From a virus (Duplodnaviria; Caudoviricetes): a stretch of DNA of 42,302 nt. Where the stretch lies: positions 1 to 42,302 of the IMG/VR virus record IMGVR_UViG_3300037751_000271; one strand, written 5' to 3'. How positions within the stretch are numbered: position 1 is the first letter of the stretch; each line of letters starts with the position of its first letter. The notes under the pieces were generated by a model. The model made no database searches, had not been told where the DNA came from, and was given only the letters and a program-made list of their open reading frames with translations. Shown in pieces: positions 1 through 7,200 of the stretch. A program made the position numbers and the translations under genes.

Positions 1-3
1 AGG

Positions 4-363
4 ATGAAAACCTTTTATCTCCAGTACAAAGTCACTCCACAGCCGAGCCACGAACAGTTTGGCCTGGTTGCAGGAGCTGATGCAGCATTTTGGATTGTCG
101 AAAAGACGCCAGCACGCGCCGAACAAAAGGCGAAGCATTATCTGGATCGGCACCACTGGAACCTTTCAGAGACGGTGCAAGCGCCAGTCGAGACAACTCC
201 CGAGCAGTATTTTCATCAGGACACACAAACATCAGAGCCGGTTCTCCAACAGGATGTCGGGTTTGCTCATTACTTAAAGGCTCAGGAGTTTGGTATAGCG
301 TCATTTTTTATGGCCTGGTCGCGTGATGACAAAACATCCTTAAGAGTTTGTAACCGTTGTTAG
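4..363 (+). CDS. hypothetical protein (possibly C-terminally truncated)
   Basis: 119-aa ORF with protein-like composition; ends abruptly (DDKT-SLRVCNRC) against the repressor control region; upstream RBS is outside the window. Confidence 0.55.
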   Translation: MKTFYLQYKVTPQPSHEQFGLVAGADAAFWIVEKTPARAEQKAKHYLDRHHWNLSETVQAPVETTPEQYFHQDTQTSEPVLQQDVGFAHYLKAQEFGIASFFMAWSRDDKTSLRVCNRC

Positions 364-368
364 ATACA

Positions 369-420
369 TAAATATACGCATGGCGCGAACTTGTCAATAG
401 TATTTTTCGCATGGAGCGTA
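369..420. promoter_or_regulatory. divergent immunity control region with two 15-bp operators
   Basis: TACGCATGGCGCGAA (375-389) and TTCGCATGGAGCGTA (406-420) fit palindrome TWCGC-N5-GCGWA; leftward TTGACA (397-392)-N17-TATTTA (374-369); rightward -10-like TAGTAT (398-403) 7 nt before the repressor ATG. Confidence 0.7.
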
Positions 421-842
421 ATTTGACTAGGCATGAAGTAAAATTATTAAGGATTGCAGAGGCTTACGGCCTTGAAAAAAAACGGGGCTATGCTGGTAGA
501 GTCGCCGATAAGCTGCAAACAACTTCAAGCACAGTCAGCGGATGGAAAAACAGAGGCGTACCAGATGAAATCCTGGCTCGGGTGGTGCGGGAAACCGGCG
601 CCAGCTTTCACTATCTCGACGCAGGCGAAGGCGAGATTCGTCCACCACCGCAGACAGACCAGATAACAGTTCGTGAGTCACCAGGGGAATGGTCGGAAGA
701 GCGCCTACACCTTCTTGATCTATGGGATGGCGCAGACCCAATCAGCAGAAAAAACGCATTAATGATACTGGAAAGTTCAGCCAAAGAGTCGCGGCAGCAA
801 GACGGAGGGGGCTCAGACTTGGCGGAAGCAAACTCCGCATAG
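411..842 (+). CDS. phage CI-like repressor (HTH, no S24 peptidase domain)
   Basis: HTH motif VADKLQTTSSTVSGWKNRG..PDE followed by GASFHYLDAGEG, typical of 186/P2-type CI; next to operators and upstream of integrase. Confidence 0.8.
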   Translation: MERNLTRHEVKLLRIAEAYGLEKKRGYAGRVADKLQTTSSTVSGWKNRGVPDEILARVVRETGASFHYLDAGEGEIRPPPQTDQITVRESPGEWSEERLHLLDLWDGADPISRKNALMILESSAKESRQQDGGGSDLAEANSA

Positions 843-888
843 AAATGAGGCGGCTTGGCTGGCAGGGGATTGTTTGAAAGGGAGTAAA

Positions 889-1239
889 ATGAAAAAACTA
901 GCCATTATTTTTTTTGCTTTTATGTTAAGTGGCTTTTCCACACAAGCATTTGCAAAAGACCAACAGGCCTTAGAATCAAGACTTGGTTATCTAAAAGACA
1001 TTCCAGAAGTAGCCTGGGTAAATTATAACAGCAACAACGTCTATATAGGTTTTAATAAACGACCGCAGGACCTTGCATCAATCGTTGGTGGAGCTGGTCT
1101 TTTTGGAAACCGCGCTTATGGTTTTGGCGTCCATGTTTGGGCGGTTCCTGCCGATAATAAAAACTGGAAAATTGGCGATCCATTTTACTGTGAAGCAACA
1201 GGACGATACGGAAAAGTGCAAGACAATGATTGCCGATAA
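889..1239 (+). CDS. secreted/periplasmic protein (moron)
   Basis: SD GGGAG before ATG 889; signal peptide MKKLAIIFFAFMLSGFSTQAFA; two C-terminal Cys; low GC. Confidence 0.75.
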   Translation: MKKLAIIFFAFMLSGFSTQAFAKDQQALESRLGYLKDIPEVAWVNYNSNNVYIGFNKRPQDLASIVGGAGLFGNRAYGFGVHVWAVPADNKNWKIGDPFYCEATGRYGKVQDNDCR

Positions 1240-1269
1240 AACCGAATAACATCCAGAAGAGGGGGAATT

Positions 1270-1479
1270 ATGTTTGGTCTTGGTAATTTTGGAACGTTAG
1301 TTTTTTTCTTCGCAGCTATTCTTTTTGCTGTCATCGCTGTCCTTTCGCCGATATGGATTTATCTGACTTACACCCATACCCGCGCCTGTCACGACGAAAT
1401 GTGTAAAGCCAATAAATGGCTGGAAAAGGTCGCTGCAGAAATAACTTCAAAAACCATCAACATGGGTAGGGTGGAATGA
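1270..1479 (+). CDS. small membrane protein
   Basis: GAGGGGG SD; N-terminal hydrophobic helix LVFFFAAILFAVIAVLSPIWIYL. Confidence 0.7.
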   Translation: MFGLGNFGTLVFFFAAILFAVIAVLSPIWIYLTYTHTRACHDEMCKANKWLEKVAAEITSKTINMGRVE

Positions 1480-1538
1480 AGTTTATCCTTTATATCGGTG
1501 GCGTCTTGTTGGGAATATCCACAAGGAGTGTAAATTGA
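1476..1538 (+). CDS. 20-aa hydrophobic mini-ORF (coupling peptide or gene remnant)
   Basis: MKFILYIGGVLLGISTRSVN; ATGA overlap with the upstream stop and TTGA overlap with the downstream TTG start. Confidence 0.3.
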   Translation: MKFILYIGGVLLGISTRSVN

Positions 1539-2626
1539 ACACATCTTTTAACGATTATAATGGTGATATATTCCTATATTATGGCGATATCGTTCGCAGT
1601 GGCTATAAACAACTCTCGACAATTTATGAAAATAAAGTCGAAAAAAATAAGAAGGTTTGCTTGATACTTGTAACGTGTGGTGGCGATCCAGACGCAGCCT
1701 ACCGGATGGCAAGGGCAACAAACCACCACTATGAACAGTTTGAAATACTCATTCCCGATATCTGCAAGTCGGCTGGCACTCTTCTATGTATCGGTGCACA
1801 TAAACTAATATTTGGCGACCGTGGCGAACTTGGTCCACTTGATATCCAATTATCCAAACCAGATGAAATGTTTGAAAGCATGTCTGGCCTCGATATCATC
1901 CAGGCAATTAACGCGCTGGAAAACCAGCTTTTGCAATCCTTCCGGTCCTATTTGGTCGACATTCGTGGCGGAAGCCGCATAAAAACCAAAATGGCTGCAG
2001 AGATTGCGACGCAGTTAGCTGCAAGCTTAATTGAACCACTAGCGGCCCGCATTGATCCTGTTACCCTTGGAGAGCATCAACGTGCTATGCAGATAGCCTA
2101 TGATTACGGGCTACGCTTGGATGAAATGGTGAAATCACTTAAAGAGGACTCTCTGGTCGATTTGGTTAGCAGCTATCCATCTCACGGTTTTGTCATTGAC
2201 AGAAAAGAAGCAGCGACATTATTTAATAATGTTTCTGCACCGGATGAATTGACATGCGTGATTTACGAATGGGCCCGTGGTATACTTGATCACTACGCAT
2301 ACCCAAGCGAACCAATAATCATTGACGTTTTGGATTTCCTGAAAAACAACAGCAATATTCAGCAGGAGGCTGACAGTGAAAATAAAATTCCTGATGTCGA
2401 AGGCGCAGAGACAAAACGCCAAGGTATTAATGGAAAATCAGACGGCCCAGGCAAAGAAGATCAGCAAGATGATCGGGGCCAAAAAGATGGCGGAAGTGAC
2501 GTCCAACATCTCAAATATGCCGCGGAAGCAGATCAGAAACCACTCGCAAATGGAGAATCCAGAAAAGCCCCCAGGAAGAAAGAATCTTCTCTGCGCAGCA
2601 CAATAAAGAATACATCTCAAAAGTAA
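1535..2626 (+). CDS. SDH-family / ClpP-fold serine protease with disordered C-terminal tail
   Basis: AAGGAG SD + TTG; motifs TCGGDPDAA, CKSAGTLL (catalytic Ser), ELGPLDIQ, YPSHGFVID. Confidence 0.8.
   Translation: MNTSFNDYNGDIFLYYGDIVRSGYKQLSTIYENKVEKNKKVCLILVTCGGDPDAAYRMARATNHHYEQFEILIPDICKSAGTLLCIGAHKLIFGDRGELGPLDIQLSKPDEMFESMSGLDIIQAINALENQLLQSFRSYLVDIRGGSRIKTKMAAEIATQLAASLIEPLAARIDPVTLGEHQRAMQIAYDYGLRLDEMVKSLKEDSLVDLVSSYPSHGFVIDRKEAATLFNNVSAPDELTCVIYEWARGILDHYAYPSEPIIIDVLDFLKNNSNIQQEADSENKIPDVEGAETKRQGINGKSDGPGKEDQQDDRGQKDGGSDVQHLKYAAEADQKPLANGESRKAPRKKESSLRSTIKNTSQK
2376..2606 (+). CDS. candidate nested out-of-frame small basic protein
   Basis: AGGAGG (2364-2369) 6 nt before GTG 2376; 76-aa Lys/Met-rich ORF lying inside the protease tail. 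Confidence 0.35.
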   Translation: MKIKFLMSKAQRQNAKVLMENQTAQAKKISKMIGAKKMAEVTSNISNMPRKQIRNHSQMENPEKPPGRKNLLCAAQ

Positions 2627-2634
2627 TCCCCAAC

Positions 2635-2693
2635 AAAGGCTCCATGTGCTTATCTGACCGGCAACGATCAGAAGCAATCATGGGGCCTTTTTT
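2635..2693 (+). terminator. long hairpin / intrinsic terminator
   Basis: AAAGGCTCCATG (2635-2646) pairs with CATGGGGCCTTT (2679-2690); inner stems close a GCAA tetraloop; followed by T-tract. Confidence 0.7.
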
Positions 2694-2766
2694 ATAACGA
2701 CCGCAAATTCCGTGAAGGCGCCAGCAAAATATCATCGCTAAGCAGCGGCCGGAGTGACTTCGATTA

Positions 2767-3840
2767 ATGGCCCTACGCAAACACCCAAAGATAACCAACG
2801 CTTGGATCATCGACTGGTGGCCGGACGGACGACAGGGATCACGCCTGCAGCAGACCGTCTACGACTGCAGCGAGGTCCAGGCGCGGCTGATGGAGCAATC
2901 GCTGCGGCGCAAGGCGCGGCTGGCCAATCCCGTCAACCCGTTCCTGCGCGACGTGATCCCCAACTGGCTCGAATGGATGAGCCTGCACCGCAGCCCCAAG
3001 ACCGTCGAGAGCATCGGCTGGGCGCTCAAGCAGCTGCTGCCCCACTTCGGCCATCTGCAGGTACCGCGCATCACCGAAGCCACCATCAACCAGTACCAGC
3101 ACAAGCGCAAAGCCACGCCGCGCAGCTGCAATCTGGAAATCGATTACCTCAAGAGCCTGATCAGCTGGATGCACACCCGCCGCCTGTGCGAGCCGCTGCC
3201 GTTCAAAATCGAGCGCCTGGCCTACCATCGCCCATTGCCGCGCATCCCCTCGCCGACCGACTTCCAGCGCTGGATGGATCATGTCGAACCCGACGGCGCA
3301 TGGGATCCCATCACCAAAACCCGCGCGCTCGGCCCGAAAAACGCCCTGCTGTGGATCATGGTCGGCGCCGGCCTACGCTACCAGGAAGCCGCCAGCCTGC
3401 ACTGGCAGGATGTCGACATCGCCCAGGGCATCATCTATCTGCGCACCACCAAAGGCGGCAAGCCGCGGCTGGCACCGCTACCCGAACAGGCGAAGATCAT
3501 TCTCGAACAACTGCTGACCACCCTGCCCGAACCACACACCGGTCTGATCGCCAAAAACCGCAAGGGCAACGCCTACGGTCACATGAAAAGCCTGTTCAAA
3601 ACCGCCAGCGAACGCAGCGGCGTGCCGATCAAAGGCCCGCACACCCTACGCCACATCTGCGGCACCTACATGCTCAGCGCCACCGGCGATCTGCGCCTGG
3701 TGCAAACCGCCCTCGGCCATACCCAGGTACGCACCACCGAACTCTACACCCAAGTCGACATCGAGCGGATCCGCAGCGCCCAAACCAGCGTCCGTCTCCA
3801 CGCAAGCAACCTGGCACAAAAAAAAGACCAGCCAGATTAA
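2767..3840 (+). CDS. int: tyrosine recombinase (phage integrase)
   Basis: Catalytic residues: GLRYQE (R), TKGGK (K), HTLRH (HxxR), LGH, TELY (Y); immediately upstream of att core. Confidence 0.95.
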   Translation: MALRKHPKITNAWIIDWWPDGRQGSRLQQTVYDCSEVQARLMEQSLRRKARLANPVNPFLRDVIPNWLEWMSLHRSPKTVESIGWALKQLLPHFGHLQVPRITEATINQYQHKRKATPRSCNLEIDYLKSLISWMHTRRLCEPLPFKIERLAYHRPLPRIPSPTDFQRWMDHVEPDGAWDPITKTRALGPKNALLWIMVGAGLRYQEAASLHWQDVDIAQGIIYLRTTKGGKPRLAPLPEQAKIILEQLLTTLPEPHTGLIAKNRKGNAYGHMKSLFKTASERSGVPIKGPHTLRHICGTYMLSATGDLRLVQTALGHTQVRTTELYTQVDIERIRSAQTSVRLHASNLAQKKDQPD

Positions 3841-3864
3841 CACCTTATCCGGCCAGCCCTATAG

Positions 3865-3909
3865 ATGGCATTCAAGAGGTCGGCGGTTCGATCCCGCCTA
3901 GCTCCACCA
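3865..3909 (+). other. att core: 3' half of tRNA-Ala(GGC), from anticodon loop to CCA
   Basis: ATGGCATTCAAGAGGTCGGCGGTTCGATCCCGCCTAGCTCCACCA: anticodon loop with GGC, T-arm GGCGG-TTCGATC-CCGCC, ACCA end; no D-arm or 5' acceptor strand upstream, so not an intact tRNA. Confidence 0.92.
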
Positions 3910-3916
3910 TAAAATC

Positions 3917-3950
3917 AAGAGGTTAGCGCAGTTTTGCTAACCTCTTTTTT
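3917..3950 (+). terminator. intrinsic terminator after att core
   Basis: AAGAGGTTAGC-gcagtttt-GCTAACCTCTT then TTTT. Confidence 0.85.
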
Positions 3951-3956
3951 ATGCCT

Positions 3957-3977
3957 AAGTCTCTACAAGTCTCTACA
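3957..3977. repeat. tandem 10-bp direct repeat, probable integrase arm-type sites
   Basis: AAGTCTCTAC-AAGTCTCTAC-A about 50 bp from the att core. Confidence 0.6.
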
Positions 3978-3993
3978 TTTTACGGTTTTGCCG

Positions 3994-4209
3994 TTAAATT
4001 CCCGATTCGCCCTCCGTCACATAGCGGATTTTGGTCGGTTCTTTGCCGTAGTTGTAGGCAACCCACGCCAAGCCCAGGTTGAAGATATGATAGAAGATTG
4101 AACCGTCCATCACCGCCTGCCAGATTTGCTCCGGCTGCAACCCCGGATAGACGGTCTGTGCGAAGATGTAGATTGCGCCGAGATTGCCTGCAAGGTTTTT
4201 CCAGTTCAT
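3994..4209 (-). CDS. small membrane protein, possibly holin-like
   Basis: GGAG SD, Met-Thr-Met start (4215/4209); two weakly hydrophobic segments; last gene of the late operon. Confidence 0.55.
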   Translation of the reverse strand: MNWKNLAGNLGAIYIFAQTVYPGLQPEQIWQAVMDGSIFYHIFNLGLAWVAYNYGKEPTKIRYVTEGESGI

Positions 4210-4218
4210 CGTCATCTC

Positions 4219-4250
4219 CAAAAACAGGGCGGCTGTGACACCGCCCGTTG
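4219..4250 (-). terminator. terminator-like hairpin after the fibre gene
   Basis: Minus strand GGGCGG-tgtcacag-CCGCCC followed by TGTTTTT. Confidence 0.5.
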
Positions 4251-4252
4251 GG

Positions 4253-7200
4253 TTAGGGACAAGCCGTTTCGCTGGCATAAATCACGCCTGAATCGTAGAC
4301 GCAGACATACGCCGATCCGCCTGTATAGGTCGAAGCGAGATCCGGCAAAGTGATCGTACCGTTAGAGCCAATAACCATACGGTTGCCGCGTGAGGCAAAG
4401 CTCGAACCTGTTGCGAGGGTTATGCCCATCGGGACAGCTCCTGCTGATGCCGCCCCGTCCTGCTTATAGAATAAAGACGCCCCTGACTGCGGGTCTGTTC
4501 CGTCATGACCATACCCGTGAAACGCTCCTATGCTGTCTCCGCTTTGCGTGGCTCCTCCGGCGCGGTCCTTGAAAAAATTAATGCTTGCTGCCGTAGCGGC
4601 ATCGGAGGTTTGTTTAACCGTCAATCCCCTAGTGGCGTCTGTTGTCGATGAGGTCAGCGTGATGCCCCCTGCGGGCTCATCAAAAGTAAACGCATCACTT
4701 CCCGCGACGGTGCTTGCATCTGTCCAGTATGTGACCTGTCCGGTTACAGGGGTGCCGGAACTGCCAATCAAGGTCGCGTCTGTGACCACCGTATTTAACT
4801 CAGCCAGTGTGTCAATATCCGTCTGCGCCAGCCCCGACAAGCTGAAATCATCGATCAGATCAAATAACTCTTGTGCGCTGTCGTGGCTGGTGTCGTTGGC
4901 AAAGTTGCCATTAAAATTGGTGGTGGTGACGCTGACGTTTGAGGCCGGTTGCGCCGCCCCGGAGCAGGAGTCAAAGTTAAAGGTACCATCCGCCATAGCC
5001 GTGACACATTCCCCATCTGTCGGGGTGTCAGCGGAGTCAAGCATCGAGGTTTTTATAGAATCCGCCTGAATGTCGAGGTTGTAGCCGGTGCCGAACTCTA
5101 CATCCCCCCCGGTGCCGAGCGTCTGTGACTTGAAGGATGAACCATCATGAACCAACATTTGCTTGAAGGTGCCCGCTGGCAGCCCGAAAGCTGTCCATGA
5201 GTAGGTCGAGGCGGCGGTTTGCTTGCAAACCTCATAGACGGAAGCGGTTTGGTCTGTGTACCATGTTCTACCTTTGGTGTATGAATCGCAAGTTGGCTTG
5301 TTCAGCGCAATCCCGCTAAAATCATTACTGGACGTGTTGTGTATGTATTTTTGGTACGTGGCTGTTTGGAGCTGCTTTCCCGCCAACTCTGTTTTCAGGT
5401 AGTTGCTGTTGAGGTACACAACAGGTTGACTTACTGCGTCAGTCCGTTCTTCCAAAAAATCATAACTGTTGGTCTGCCCGGCATCTCGCTGCTGGATGTG
5501 GTTGTTTTGCAGCGTCAAAAATGTACCGCCATAAGTGACCATCGCGTCATTAACGGTCAGGATAAAATTTTCCCTGAAGGCTCCGTCGTAGACGCTGCTG
5601 TGCATGTCGATGGCAGCAAGGCTATAATTATTGCCTGCGTTTACCCCAGATGGGATTGTGCCTGCCCAACGATCTTCGGTATAGAGGATGTTTCCACCAA
5701 AATTGAGTCCGTACGTGTCATTATCCCGATAGGCGCTGGTCAGGTGATGACGGAAGTTGACACAGGTATTGTCATCAATCGTGGTGCCTGAGCCGCTAAC
5801 GGAGACGCAGTATCCTGTCGGGCTGGTGTTTTGCGAGGCAAACATATCTTGGCCGTGGTTGTTCCTGATTTCCCCGCCTGTGCCGTGATAGCCATACGCT
5901 ATAGCCGAATATTGGTAGTTACCGTACACGCGGTTGTTAAGCATCTTGCCATTATTGACAAATGACATATAGATACCGTGGTTGCCGGAACTGTCGGTAT
6001 CATGGGCCGTCATATCGATGATGAAGTTCTTGACCTTGGTATTTTCGAGAATGTCGTAAACCACGGCATTGTGCGCGGTGAAGCTGAATACCGGCGCACG
6101 GTCGAGATAGCCAGTGGTGCCGTCGATTTCCATCACTGTTGCCGTGATGCCATGATGGTAGTTGTAACTCGTAGACCAGTCGGTATCTGAATACAGGTTA
6201 ATCAAATCACCTTCGGCCACCGTCACGCCTGCGGGAATGGTAAAGCTGTTATCCTGTGCCGTGATAGCGATAGACAGTCCGGTGTCGGAGTCTTTCTGCG
6301 TCGGAGTCACAGTAAGAAAGCCGCTGTCACCGTCGGTTACGACTGTTGCGCCACGTCCATCAAAAACGATGCCGCTTTTCGACAGCGTGAGGTTGGCTGT
6401 GGTATTGAATACTCCGCCCTCCGGCATAAGTACGGCCTGATTTGAGACCAAAGCCCCGAGCAGTGTAGCCATCGCGGTTTGATCGCTCAGGCTGTCACCA
6501 GAAACCAGACCGAACCATTGCGCATAAACAAGTGGCGTCGAACCTCCCGGTAAGGTGATTTCCCCCGCAGAGAACCCGCTAAGGATGGTTTGTTCTGGGG
6601 ACAACAGCCCACCGGTAAATGTTATGTCATTAGTCCCTGAATCCGTCCACACCACCCCCGGCAAGAACTGCACTGGACATTCCAGTGTTGCCGTTTCCCC
6701 GGTGATGGTATCATCCACATCCGCATAGGCCAAAACCCCCTCGACACAGGCGGTATCGAAATCGGCAAAACTGGCGTAATCGGAATAGAGGATGATCTGC
6801 GTTGGCAGTCCGGTATTGTCAATGCCGTCCGCAAAGCCTGCGGGAATGCTGGTAATGTCCGTCCATGCCGGGACATAATCGTCCAGTGTGTCGAGTGCTT
6901 TTTGCACGTCAGTGTCCGTGCCGGAAAGCAGACCCGCAAAGCCGGTGGTCGTGGTCGCCACGTCGAGAGCGGTCTGATTGTCGGTGTTGACGGTATGCGT
7001 CAGGTCAGATATCTGCGCCTCGGTGATGGTTACTGCATCCGTCTGGCCTGCGCCGTGGGTTGCGGCATGGAGGGTTGGGGTCCTTGCGTCGGTCATGGTC
7101 GGGCCGACTTCCTGCAGCGCTGACTCTACATCCGTGCCAATAAAATAGGTGCCGGTGTCGGTGATCGGGACTTCTGCCGCCGTTTGATCGTCGGTCCCTG

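Noticed and set aside
32-304. cro gene
   Set aside because: No HTH pattern or SD; antisense to a more protein-like ORF.
3865-3909. Intact tRNA-Ala gene
   Set aside because: The 5' acceptor strand, D-arm and 5' anticodon stem are missing; it is an att core.
2754-3926. 390-aa alternative-frame ORF over the integrase
   Set aside because: Arg/Pro/Ala-rich shadow ORF from high GC3 codon bias; the integrase frame has all catalytic motifs.
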